64,000 nucleotides of DNA from Macrostomum lignano. Its lineage: Eukaryota. A program made the translations under genes and the position numbers. Location: positions 1-64,000 of the forward strand of contig NIVC01002477.1 in assembly GCA_002269645.1 (NCBI GenBank), read 5' to 3'. Below the pieces are notes generated by a model. That model had not been told where the DNA came from and searched no databases. It saw only the letters and a program-made list of their open reading frames with translations. Shown here one piece after another: positions 34,901 to 47,174 of this stretch (its first letter is position 1; each line of letters begins with the position of its first letter).

Positions 34901-37900
34901 GCCGTCCACCTCGACGCCGCGTCTCCACGTCGGCCAGCACGCCGCGAACGTCGGCGAGGGCCGCCTCCAGGCCGAACTGGCGCCTCTTGGCCGTGTCCAG
35001 CCTCCGGTTGGTCTCCAGGAGGGCCGCCTCCTGCTCCCTGTTAGCCGCCTGCAGCGCCTCAACCGAAGCCTGCAGCCGACCAATCAGGTCGTCCTGCGCG
35101 GCCGCCTCCCTCGCTCGCTGATTGGCCAGCGACTCTCGCTGTCCGTTGGCCTCCATCAGGCGAGCCCGCAGGCCGTCCAGCTGCGCCCGGAGCTCCGCCT
35201 TCTCCCTCAGCTGGCGGTCGTGCGCGGAGCGCAACTCCCGGCGCAGATGCTCGGCCTGTTCGCGGGACTCGCGCAGCTCGCGCTCGGCTGAAGCTGGCGG
35301 CAGGAGAACCTCTGTGCGGGACAGTCGGGCTGACTGCTGCTGATGATGGGGCTGGTAGTAGCCGGAGTGATGAAGCGGAGAGGCTGAGCTGGTGTAGTGC
35401 AGTCGCTGCTGAAGATTCGTAGCCGCTGCAGCTTGAGCGTCCAGTTTGCTGCTGAAGCGGAAAAGCAGTTCGACGCCCAAAGCTCGATTCCAAGTGCAGT
35501 CACATTAATTCGAGGCTAAATTGGAATCTCGGCTTGGCTCTGCCCTCGTGCAATTAAGGGCCGACCAGGGCGATAAATAAAGTCAGGGCCCCTGTACATT
35601 CCTGTGTGAGGGTGTGCCTGTGCGTACGTATCCGCGCACTTGTGTGTCTGCTCAGGGGAGTCGGCGAAATGGGCAGCAATGCCTCTCGCCGGTTGTGTGA
35701 CAATGTCGCTTAAATTTCTACAGGGTCCCTACACCCCGCGTCTCGAGCTAAAAAAGTTTGAGAAGTTTCTCACCTCATCGTGTCCAACTCGTGCTGCTCT
35801 GCGCTGCTGTCAGCCAGGTGATGGTAGTTTGAGGGCTGCAAACAAAACAAAAGCGAAATTTGTCGGTTTTTAACAACTTCCCGATATGTATCGTAGCAAA
35901 TATTTCGAAGCGTGAAGTATTCAAGAAATTCGCTCACCCGACTGCCAGCACCGCCAGGTCCGGCGAGAATTGCGTCGACCGACGAACTGCGTTGGTTTCC
36001 CCTGTAGGGACTGCGGCTCTGATCTGCAATGCCGCGTGAGCTCTTCATCATTTTTATCCATGGAAAATGCAGAAGAAGCCAACTCTCTGATCCAATGCGA
36101 AGGGAAATGTCAGATAACAGAGGGAAACGTCAGATACAAAGGGAAATGTCAGATAACAGAGGGAAACGTCAGATACAAAGGGAAATGTCAGATAACAGAG
36201 GGAAATGTCAGATACAAAGGGAAATGTCAGATAACAGAGGGAAATGTCAGATACAAAGGGAAATGTCAGATACCAACAAAGGGAAATGTCAGATACCAAC
36301 AAAGGGAAATGTCAGATACCAACAAAGGGAAATGTCAGATACCAACAAAGGGAAACGTCAGATACAAAGGGAAATGTCACATAACAACAAAGATAAATGT
36401 CAGGTACCAACAAAGGGAAATGTCAGATACCAACAAAGAGAAATGTCAGATACCAACAAAGAGAAATGTCAGATACAAAGGAAAATGTCAGATACCAACA
36501 AAGGGAAATGTCAGATACAGACAAAGGGAAATGTCAGATGCAAATGGAGGGAAATGTCAGATACCAACAGAGGGAAACGTCAGATACCAACAGAGGGAAA
36601 TGTCAGATACCAACAGAGGGAAATGTCAGATACCAACAAAGGGAAATGTCAGATACCAACAAAGAGAAATGTCAGATACCAACAAAGAGAAATGTCAGAT
36701 ACCAACAAAGGGAAATGTCAGATACCAACAAAGGGAAATGTCAGATACCAACAAAGAGAAATGTCAGATACAGACAAAGGGAAATGTCAGATACCAACAA
36801 AGAGAAATGTCAGATACCAACAAAGGGAAATGTCAGATACAGACAAAGAAAAATGTCAGATGCAAATGAAGGGAAATGTCAGATACAGACAAAGAAAAAT
36901 GTCAGATACCAACAAAGGGAAATGTCAGATACCAACAAAGGGAAATGTCAGATCCCAATATGGGAAAAAACTGGTTATCCCAAACCGAGCAGAAAGCTGA
37001 CCTCGACTCCTGCCGGCGCGGCTGTGAGGTCGCGATGAAGAATCATAAAACGTTGGCGTATCTGGTGGAGGCGGCGGCTGCGGCGGCCTCTGAGTTACTG
37101 CGGGCAAATTTTTTTTGTTGTTGATGCTTTTAAGTGCGAAATTTATTGGATGTTCGTGGCCAACTGTGAAGGAGGTTTTGCAAGTGTAAGTATAGAAAAG
37201 GAGCAGAAAAAAGTGCTTAGAAAAAGAGCAGAGATAGATAGGGAGCACTATTTGTGTAAGTTTCACAGTAGTAAATTACCTGAGTCTGTTTGGCTTCTAT
37301 CTGAAAACTCTGAGGATGCAATTAATGAGTTGGAAATTAATAGTCGTAGTGATAAGACCAATAATATATAGGACGAACGAAAACAATTACTTTGATGATG
37401 CAATAACAATTAAATAAAACAAAACAATGCGGATAACACCTCACACGGGGTGTACAGCAGCTTACACGGGGTGTACAGCAGCTCCCACGGGGTGTACAGC
37501 AGCTCACACGTGGTGTACAGCAGCTCACACGGGGTGTACAGCAGCTCACACGGGGTGTACAGCAGCTCACATGGGTGTACAGTAGCTCACACGGGGTGTA
37601 CAGCAGCTCACACGGGGTGTACAGTAGCTCACATGGGGTGTACAGTAGCTCACATGGGGTGTACAGTAGCTCACATGGGGTGTACAGTAGCTCACATGGG
37701 GTGTACAGCAGCTCACACGGGGTGTACAGCAGCTCACACGGGGTGTACAGCAGCTCACATGGGGTGTACAGTAGCTCACATGGGGTGTACATGCAGTAGC
37801 TCACATGGGGTGTACATGCAGCAGCTCACACGGGGTGTACAGCAGCTCACACGGGGTGTACAGTAGCTCACATGGGGTGTACAGCAGCTCTTGCCTTTCT

Positions 37901-38538
37901 AATCGTTGAAACCAACTGATGAGTGGATCTCAGTAAGAATTGGAGATTTTTTTACTTTAGTTACTTAAACATTGAGAGAGAAGGGGGAAAAGAGAGGAGA
38001 GAAGAGAGAGAACAGTCAAATATAGGCAACCAAGTTGATATTCAGTGAATGCCTACAAATACTCACCTTATACTCAGCTATAAAGACTCAGCTTAACACC
38101 AGGTGTGATAGATATACTCAACAACATTAAAAAGTCACCAGCTTTGAGAGTACGCAGTAAATTCCAGCTCAGTATTGACTTTTGAGTGACGCAACTTGCG
38201 CCACGCCACGCAGAGTTGGGCTGGGTGAGGAGGGATTGGGAAGAGCGGAGGGCGGATTGAAGCTTCCGCCCGGTTTCCATTTTTCTTTTCAAGCATTTTT
38301 CAAATCAAAATGGTTGGCCGGGTGATAGACGCTGGTCGAAAGACACTGCTCACTGGGGCAAAGGGCGGCCACTTTTTAATGTTGCTGAGTATACAAGTTG
38401 TCAGCACTCACCATCGGACAGAATTTCATCAACCTGCGACCTCAAAACCGAGCCCTCCAATTCCAGTTGGCGAATCTGGTCGTCAAGCGATGCCCCGTCG
38501 TGAGCAGCTGGCAGACCGGCCGACATGTAGGAAGCCAT
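25937..38538 (-). CDS. CCDC158-like long coiled-coil protein, about 975-996 aa, 12 exons: 38538-38412, 37097-37002, 36086 (or 36023)-35938, 35835-35774, 35451-34837, 32906-32700, 31982-31535, 30651-30308, 29272-29000, 27759-27525, 26928-26523, 25965-25937
   Basis: All 11 introns are GT-AG with consistent phases (1,1,0,2,2,2,0,2,2,0,1), giving an uninterrupted frame (2991 or 2928 nt). Segments such as ERELRESREQAEHLRREL...RESLANQRAREAAAQDDLIGRLQASVEALQAA and AAAERDSLYLELKDSRLEV...LKDTRAELALAR align by eye with CCDC158 recalled from memory. Orthology not verified. Confidence 0.8.
26036..26510. repeat. 21-bp minisatellite AATCTGCACATTACCCA(C/A)C.. in intron 11 of the CCDC158-like gene
   Basis: Direct inspection; begins about 12 nt from the donor. 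Confidence 0.93.
26955..27520. repeat. 21-bp minisatellite TCTAAAATCCTCAGATCCCAA in intron 10, with an internal inverted block (about 27330-27400)
   Basis: Direct inspection. Confidence 0.9.
27810..28990. repeat. 21-bp minisatellite GGATTTGAGATTGGGATCATA, about 55 copies, in intron 9
   Basis: Direct inspection; highly homogeneous core. Confidence 0.97.
29420..30290. repeat. About 24-bp minisatellite CCCCTAAACCCTCCAGAGAATCCG in intron 8
   Basis: Direct inspection. Confidence 0.95.
30700..31520. repeat. About 35-40-bp minisatellite GATGATTCAGAAATCTCACCCTGAGATCTCT.. in intron 7
   Basis: Direct inspection. Confidence 0.93.
32048..32628. repeat. 8-bp microsatellite (GGGTGAGA / GGGTGACA / GAGTGAGA)n in intron 6
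   Basis: Direct inspection. Confidence 0.95.
33065..34800. repeat. 15/16-bp minisatellite GGGGAAT(T/C)CCAAGCA in intron 5, split by a solo LTR into 33065-33530 (degenerate) and 34558-34800 (homogeneous)
   Basis: Direct inspection. Confidence 0.9.
33534..34557 (+). mobile_element. Solo LTR A (1024 bp, TG...CA, 4-bp TSD GGAA)
   Basis: Starts TGTAGAG, ends GGAACACATCA; GGAA on both flanks; several CCAAT boxes, TATAAATA at 33952-33959; homologous end to end to 47175-48207 in reverse orientation. Confidence 0.85.
36100..36955. repeat. About 18-23-bp minisatellite GGGAAATGTCAGATACCAACAAA filling intron 2
   Basis: Direct inspection; ends about 12 nt from the 36086 acceptor. Confidence 0.95.
37440..37890. 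repeat. 21-bp minisatellite GGGGTGTACAG(C/T)AGCTCACA(C/T) in intron 1
   Basis: Direct inspection. Confidence 0.95.
38113..38393. mobile_element. MITE-like element bounded by a 23-bp inverted repeat (1 mismatch), in intron 1
   Basis: TATACTCAACAACATTAAAAAGT (38113-38135) vs ACTTTTTAATGTTGCTGAGTATA (38371-38393). Confidence 0.5.
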
Positions 38539-38626
38539 GCGGGAGCCTCAGACTCAAGCTAAGCGCTTTTCAATAATCTGCTGCGGTTTTTTTCTTGCAG
38601 AAATTTAATGCGTTTGTTTTCTTATC

Positions 38627-39525
38627 ATCAGGCATGTACACTTTCTGTACGACCCACCCCCAGGGTGTACAGCCGCCCCTGTAGCTTTCTTATCATCAGG
38701 CATGTACACTTTCTGTACGACCCACCCCCAGGGTGTACAGCCGCCCCTGTAGCTTTCTTATCATCAGGCATGTACACTTTCTGTACGATCCACACCCAGG
38801 GTGTACAGCCGCCCCTGTAGCTTTCTTATCATCAGGCATGTACACTTTCTGTACGACCCACCAAGGTGTACAGCTGCCCTTGCAGCTTTCTTATCATCAG
38901 GCATGTACACTTTCTGTACGACCCCCCAGGGTGTACAGCTGCCCTTGCAGCTTTCTTATCATCAGGCATGTACACTTTCTGTACGACCCCCCAGGGTGTA
39001 CAGCTGCCCTTGCAGCTTTCTTATCATCAGGCATGTACACTTTCTGTACGACCCCCCAGGGTGTACAGCTGCCCTTGCAGCTTTCTTATCATCAGGCATG
39101 TACACTTTCTGTACGACCCCCCCCCCAGGGTGTACAGCCGCCCCTGTAGCTTTTTTATCATCAGGCATGTACACTTTCTGTACAACCCCCCAGGGTGTAC
39201 AGCCGCCCCTGTAGCTTTCTTATCATCAGGCATGTACACTTTCTGTACGACCCCCCAGGGTGTACAGCCGCCCCTGTAGCTTTCTTATCATCAGGCATGT
39301 ACACTTTCTGTACGATTCCCCCCCAGGGTGTACAGCCGCCCCTGTAGCTTTCTTATCATCAGGCATGTACACTTTCTGTACGATTCCCCCCCAGGGTGTA
39401 CAGCCGCCCCTGTAGCTTTCTTATCATCAGGCATGTACACTTTCTGTACGACCCCCCCCCAGGGTGTACAGCCGCCCCTGTAGCTTTCTTATCATCAGGC
39501 ATGTACACTTTCTGTACGACCTCCC
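38627..39525. repeat. About 65-bp minisatellite (TTCTTATCATCAGGCATGTACACTTTCTGTACGACCCCCCAGGGTGTACAGC(C/T)GCCC(C/T)TG(T/C)AGCT), about 14 copies
   Basis: Direct inspection; unit length varies with the C-run. Confidence 0.96.
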
Positions 39526-40114
39526 CCCTAAATTAACGTCATGGCCGCACACTTACTACACTTTCTAATTGCTTTAGTTAATTATAAGTTTTTTTAATGA
39601 GAAACATTCTCACCCAGCATCCATTTCAAATAAATCTAATTACCCTGCAAAACTGTTTTTCTTTTCAAAGACTAGATTAAGAAGACAGGTTTCTCACAGC
39701 ACCACCGAGTCAAAGTACGAGTATAGCTCAGCACAGGGGGGGGGGGTTCTATTTGGCTAAATAGATGGAGCTAAACAGCGTGTGCAGCACGAGTTCGAAC
39801 AATGCCAGAATAGAAATTGAGTATACTACACACAGCAGACACACAGACCCTCAGCATTCGGTACTCGCTTGAGCAGCCTGCCTGGCATTTTGGAATGTTT
39901 TCATGGTCAGCTTAAAAACTTTGCGAGTTAAATAGATAAAATAGGTGGCCTTTACATAGAGCGGAGCACTCAAAGTTAAGGTTTGCTAAAGGTTAGCTTA
40001 AATGGCGACATTAATAAACAATACTTGGTCTTTCTGTCCATCTATCAGGGGCGTGGCGTGGACATGAGGGGCATCGCGGCCTTCAATAATGACATGGTGC
40101 AGAAGCCCCTTTTA

Positions 40115-40530
40115 ATGAAATGGCACCCCCCCCTCCATAACTAAATGTCGCCCTTCTCCCTCAATAATGAAATGGCGCCCCCTCTCAATAATGAAATAAC
40201 GACCTTCTCCCTCAATAATGAAATGGCGCCCTTCTCCTTCAATAATGAAATGGCGCCCTTCTCCCTCAATAATGGAATGGCGCCCCCCCCCTCAATAACT
40301 AAATGGCGCCCTTCTCCCTTAAAAATGAAATGGCGCCCCTCTCAATAATGGAAAGGCGCCCCCTCAATAATGGAGTGGCGCCCCCTCAATAATGAAATGG
40401 CGCCCCCCTCAACAATAAAATGGCGCCTCTTAATAATGAAATGAAGCCCCTCAAAATGAAATGCCACCCCCAATAATGAAATTGCGCCCCCAATTATGAA
40501 ATGGCGCCCCCAATAATGAAATGGTGCCCT
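40115..40530. repeat. Degenerate minisatellite of about 22 bp, AATAATGAAATGGCGCCCC(T/C)TC
   Basis: Direct inspection. Confidence 0.88.
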
Positions 40531-42059
40531 TCTCTAACAAAACCCAAATTACAAAGTATCTTCACCTCGCAATCACAATTTCTCCCCTTTTTTAGTTCTG
40601 CCTATATTTTTGCCAAATCAATTTGTTACCAATTAAATGAAATTTAAATTGAATATTCAAAAGTTTAAATAAAAAATTTAAATAAAACGAAAAATTACAT
40701 TTGGATAGTAGTTACTTCACTAGCTTTTTAAATGTAACAAAAACTCATTTTTAAAAATAAACTTTTAAATAAGCATTTAGATTATAATGTTATATACCAT
40801 ATGAGTTACAATTTATAATTTGAAACTAGACTTAAATTATTTTTTAAACCACGAGAATATATTTAAAGGCATGCTTTTCATGCCCTTTAAATAGGTAAAT
40901 AAGTAAAAAATATAATAAAAATAATGTACAGGCTATTATTTTTATTTCATATTAGCAACAAATATTCTTTCTAACTGAATAAGAGACATAGTAGAGGGAA
41001 CTTTAAAAGGATTATTTTTATAAAATAGAAAGAGAAGCAGCTGATTGAATCTATACTGTAGAGCAAAGAAATTTTATATTTAATTAATATTATCTACAAT
41101 GGTCCTACATCAATATTTAAAGGCTTTGCCTAATAATTTTACATAACTGCCATCCAACTCTGAAATTGCAAGTGACATAAGTTTTATAAACTTAAAAAAA
41201 ATATTATCTTGCACAAATATCTTATAAACAAAAACAGCATTTTAGGAATTAATAAGTACATGCAAAATATTTCGAAAAAACGAAATTGAATTAAGGTAGC
41301 AATCAAAAGGTTTATACATAATTCATTCCGAATTTGATTATTATTACCCAGTCTGAAAAATGGTATGGAAAACAAACGTAAGCAAACATATTACGAAATG
41401 AATGATTTTCTCTGGTGCTCCGTCAAATTTCACGAAATAAGTGTCATTTTCGAAATGATGAGATCATTTGGTTTAGTTTTAGTAGTAAGACAATCAGCGT
41501 TTTTTCTGTTTCTGTTCTGTTCCCCTCAATAATGAGGGGACAGACTTTTCTGTTAATATTAAACACTAAAAGTCCTAAATATATAGTTTTATTATCGCCA
41601 CATATCATCAGCACTAGTAATCAGCAATGTCAGCATCACAACGTGAAGAAACAGAGTACGAACAACACAAAATGTTTAAAAAAAACGTCCATTTGCATGT
41701 TGAAAAACTGGAGTAGCGCAAAACTAATAAACAATATCATTTCAAACAGAAACGGATTATTATTGTATGAGCTTTTGCTATAGTTGAATGAAAGCAGCTC
41801 AGTCTAGTAAGCCCTTGGTTCTTTTTAAAGCGATACTATTTGTTAAAGTATGCTAATTTTGCATTTTGTAATAAAATTATTATCGCTTTATAGCACTACT
41901 GGGGAGTCGAATTTTCTTATCACATCCTCATCTGATACTTTTAACAACTCAGCCGTCTGTAGTACTAAATTAAAAAAATATAGGCGAAAAGGCTTCAGGT
42001 TCCTGTTTTATACACTGTCTACACACGCGATCGTACTACGTGCGGATCTATATGCATAT

Positions 42060-42281
42060 ATGAGTACGCGCTTAAATTTATCTCATCAAGATCGAAACGT
42101 TGCATTCAAAACGTTTAAACCATCCAAAACTTACCATTTAATTGTACGATATTATACTATAATTGATGCATTGAGTACGCGCTTAAATTTATCTCATCAA
42201 GATCGAAACGTTGCATTCAAAACGTTTAAACCATCCAAAACTTACCATTTAATTGTACGATATTATACTATAAGATGCATT
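42060..42281. repeat. Near-perfect tandem duplication, 111-bp period
   Basis: TGAGTACGCGCTTAAATTTATC...ATTATACTATAA at 42061 and again at 42172. Confidence 0.93.
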
Positions 42282-45200
42282 AAGTAACACAATTCGATCG
42301 CTATCTCATGCAGTTAATCAAAAAAACGTTTTCAAGAAGACTAGCTTATATTACATGCACTGCGCTGTACAGCACATGGTGACGCGAATTGCGCAAAATT
42401 GCACAAAATTACGTGAGAAAATTGAAAAAAATTGGGCAAGAATTGCGCAATAATTGCACTCAAATTGTTCATTAAGTGCAATAAAATTACACGAAATCAC
42501 GCTTAAAATTACAATTTAATTGAGCATAAAATTGCAATTCAAGAGCTTAGAAATTGCCGTTGGAGTGGCACTTCAGAATATTGATACGCTCGTATTATAG
42601 TGCAGGTAAATTTTAAGACTTCCCAAATTTAGCACTCGATCTGCAATTTTCATTATATCTGCTCAGAATTGAACCCAGAAAAGTAATTAAGACACAGTAA
42701 AAACCACCGGTGTTATTTCGGAATACATTAAATTTTGCAATTTTTCAATAAGATGTTATAATCATTTTTCAATCCAATACATTTCATTGTAATTTTTTAT
42801 TTCACTTTACTACATATTAAAAAATAAAACTACAAACAGATACTAAATATAAACCTTTATGGGCAAAAAACGATGCATAAGATACAAGAAAATACTTGCA
42901 TAGATTAGTAAAAATTATTATTATTAAAATATTACTATTTAACTATTTAGAAAAATTATTATTAAACCATTAATAAGCACACTGAACATTGAAACTAATT
43001 GAAAAATTCTTTTACATTTGAAGTGCAAAAGCGTTCTAAATAAACATAATTTATTAGTTAAACAATATTTTAACTTTCAGGGGTGCTGGCTGCATCAGCA
43101 TGTTTATCTAAGCAGTTTAAAACTTTAAAGATGAAGCCTTTTACACATCTATGATGAAGCTTTTGGATACTTTTAAGTTCAAAACCTTTCTAGATTCCGA
43201 AATGAGACTTTCTAAGAACCCACAGGTAATTATTTTGTAGAATTGAATATTTAAAAAAAGATCCCAGATAAAGTTAGGATTCACTTTTTGCTTATTTATA
43301 ATTTTTTATCGCCTTTCCATGATCTTACTTAGACATTACTTTTTAAGGCTACCCAACATTGCCAGCCTGAAGCTCGTTAGAGCTTCCAGAAGTCAATTAC
43401 AGTGATTACCTTGCAGTGATTTAGTGATTGCTTATTTAATGTTATTCCTATAGGCTATAACTGATACTTAATGGTTTCCAGTATTGTCTTTCTTACGCTT
43501 GCCAGAAATGTCACGAAACATTTGATTTAACGATGCTCGCACAGATCTCCAGTTGTAGGCTGCAAACCATTCGGACAAAACAGCTCGAAGCTCCTCGACA
43601 GATTGCTCGTCCATCGCAATGCGCTCCGTTAAGCCATTCAGCTCAATAATTGCAGAAATGCAATACTCCTCACCGAAGCGTCAAAAAATGTACTTTATGT
43701 ACATTGGAGTTTATGTACATTGGCCTGCTATGAGAATTCGATTTAGGAAACTATAGAAGCACAAACTCGAAAGGCAACGGTTGGTCAAATTTGTCTGCAG
43801 CATGCCTTCGCTTTTGTGTGTTCATTTCTTGGCATGAAGAGAAACACAATTGAGTATTGAGTCGAAGTTGCACTGCTTTATAATTATAAAAGAGTATTAT
43901 ATTATAAATAATAATTATAAAATAATTATATAATTAATAATTATAAAATAATTATAATAGATTATAAAAACAAAGTAGCTTTTCGAGCCACTTATTTTAT
44001 TTATTTATATAGATTTCATTTTAGAATTTTGGCATACCATTAATTTGTATATGGAATCATAAAATATCATTTTGAAAACTTGCAACCAAGATTTTCATAA
44101 AACAATCTAGATATAGTGATATGATATATAGTCTAACAGACAATATATCAATAGAAGCCAAAATATCAAATACCTTAAAATAGTAGCTAATTAGTAAACA
44201 GAAGCTATACAAATGATTATACGCTCATAGCTAGGCCTAGTCATTAAGTCATTGATTAAGTTAGTAATCTAGTATATACCTATTTACTCAACTATCTTTT
44301 GCATATATTATGCTGTACCATTTAATAACCTGATAAGCTTCAGTTTGACTTTTAGACAATACATCAATTAATTTAATTAGAAAAAAGTAAATGTTTTTAA
44401 AAATAGCTATAGCTACATTAATTAAAAACCTATTTGTAGGCCTAGCTAATTGCCTATTAAACAATGATGTTCAATTTCATGCTTCACTAATTTAATTTAA
44501 TGTATAGCTCCTATAAATAGTAGAGCTACTAAAATAATTTTGAATTGAAATACATAATGTAATGACCAATAACAATGTAATTACAATTAAAGTATAACTT
44601 ATTAATACAAAATTTTAGTCTACAAAGTGCCACTGCAGTATTAAAATTAATTGTATGCACTTGCCTGATACTGAGAGAGCTCTAGTCCTAGATATAAGAA
44701 AATGATAGAAAAGTATAATTACATGTATGAAACTAAAAGATAAAGTTCAAATACAGAGTTGACAAAACATTAACAATGACATAGTACATAGACAATTGGT
44801 AGCTTTTAGTATTTTATAAAAGGAGCTATGAAAAATGAATTGGACAAACTCCAATAATGCTAGCTAGACTAGTCAATACTTATTAGTAATAGTAATAGCT
44901 AGCAATAATAGGACTAGAATTAGATAAACTAAAAAACTTTTTTTGAGTTTTACAATCTTAAGTCAAGACTAAAAGAGTAAATAGCAAGGCTAAGTTCTTG
45001 TCATTTACGATAAGTGAAAAGCAAGTGGCATTACTAGCCTTCAATTTCAATTACAATGATAAAAAAAGCTAGTAAAAACAACAAAGGAGAAGGCAACAAC
45101 AACAAGCAAGAGCAAGAAAGCAGCAATACGTCGTCGACGACCAATATGTGAGCAATAAGGCGCGCTGCTTTTTAAATTTAGCAAAGTTGTTACACTTTTA

Positions 45201-46069
45201 AACAAAAAATTCCTAAAATGGTAGATACACTTTCTATTGAATATACAAAGCAGATAGATTTCTAAGAAAAATCAATTTTATTTGTTTGTAAGAATTTAGA
45301 ACACTTTAAATTTGTTCAGGGAGTCGTGAAAATGCAGTCATGTAAGTACAACTTATATTGTGCATATTTGCAGCTTATATAAATCATTTTATACCTCGAT
45401 TTCGAAGACTTTGTCTATACTATGCTTCAATATATTGCAATTCATTTTCTGTACTCGTCAGAATCTGCATGTAATCGTTAAAAAATAATTTCTTTTGGCA
45501 ATCTACATGTAATAGATGCGATGTAAATGTACCAGTAGCAAGGATATTTTTTATCTACTACTATACAAGTAATATTTAAAGCATATTTGAAATTGAAAAA
45601 ATTGCAATATTCTTTGCAATGCGATTGCAAGAATTTCACTTTCTTGATATGTCTTTAACACTACTTACATAAGCATCTAAAGCGCACATGAAAGTTGAGA
45701 AAATTGCAAGTTCTATGAGAAAGAAATTGCAATTAAGTCAATTATTGTGAATAAAATTGCAAGTTTCAAATTTTTTCCTCAATTTCGGGTATCATGTGAG
45801 CGCTGTACACTAAATGCACATGCCATATCTCGTATATTCATGCCCGGTTGAGAAACAACAATTGAGTTGTAAGTATAGCGGTACATCATGTACTTGTACA
45901 ACTTACCAACCTGTGTGTATAGCTTGTGCAAGTAAACCTTTACACTACGTGTATATGTTATTCTCTACGGATTACCTTTACAATACGTGTATGTTATTCT
46001 CTACAGATTGCAATTTTGAAAGCGCGGGAGACAATTTTCAACGCGAGGACGAACGGCTGCCAGATGCCA

Positions 46070-46199
46070 GTCGGCAGTCAAACTGTTGGCCGTCAAATTG
46101 TCGGCAGTCAAATTGTCGGCAGTCAAATTGTCGGCAGTCAAATTGTCGGCAGTCAAATTGTCGGCAGTCAAATTGTGGCAGTCAAATTGTCGTAGAACC
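46070..46199. repeat. 15-bp tandem repeat CAGTCAAATTGTCGG (about 8 copies) ending in GTAGAACCC; probably the sub-terminal array of a non-autonomous DNA element
   Basis: Direct inspection; element identity is inference. Confidence 0.8.
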
Positions 46200-47174
46200 C
46201 TAAAAGTCCCTACCAGCACGAACAGCTTATAACCTGATATGACAGCCAGAACTTAATTTCTATTCTAATGTACATGTACAGTGGACCAACATCCAGCTCC
46301 TGAATTCCGGCCTCTATTTTAGGGGAGTAGCAAAGTCATAAAACTGTCGATCTGTAAGCGTCTGCCTAGCCTAGTCCATAGCCATACAATTTACTCAGCT
46401 AAAGGCTCTCGGAGAATTGGCAGTTCAAGAGAATGGCCCAAGAGAATATAGCCAAGCACAAAACCGAGAAAAGCGAGCTACGACAGGGGGGAGAGAGGAC
46501 AGATGAGCAAGCATAAACCCTCTGGAGTCCCCCGTGTTCGTTCCGTCTGTTAGTCTGTCTATTAAGGCTATTGGCTGGGTAACGGTAGTCGCAGTCCTCA
46601 CTCGTACCCCTTGCCCCGATGTACACTCGTACACAGTGAGATGGACTGAATGAACTCGATGTTGTGGCCACAGCAACCTCAACAAAACGGCATACGCTTC
46701 GCCTCTACTAATGTCCAATTGTAAATATTTGTATATAGCTTTAGTTTAATTCTTTTTAAGTTAAGGAAGGTCAAAGATTTGCATTTATATTGTAGAATTG
46801 TTTTGAAGCTTGACTTGATCTATATTATTTACCTTAACTTGCCTTGATTATTAACAAATTAAACGCGGCGGAGGTAAGTAAATTTGGTATTCTTTATTCT
46901 TGACGCTGAAATGCCATATGTGTTAGGGGCTCTTGGAAAGCATGAGTTGGAAAGCATGAAGAGTACTCTCTAGGAGCCCTGCTGGGTTTCAGTTCCTGGC
47001 TCCTAAACACTCCTAATATCAATAAATAGTTGGATATTGGAAATAAATATTTCAGGTCTGGATGACCATGCAGTTGTTTTTTATCAAATCTGGATGCTGC
47101 TTTCTCATCCTCGTACAGATGGCCCTAGAAACCAAAGCTCAGATAGTCTTATCCATATCTGTGTACAATAGAAG

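Noticed and set aside
36051-36051. ATG at 36051 as the start of the CCDC158-like gene
   Set aside because: Two further phase-compatible upstream exons (38538-38412 and 37097-37002), the first with coiled-coil content, extend the frame.
35970-39279. Cys/Lys-rich and YSSSHGV / CTPRVS repeat ORFs
   Set aside because: Translations of intronic and upstream minisatellites of the CCDC158-like gene.
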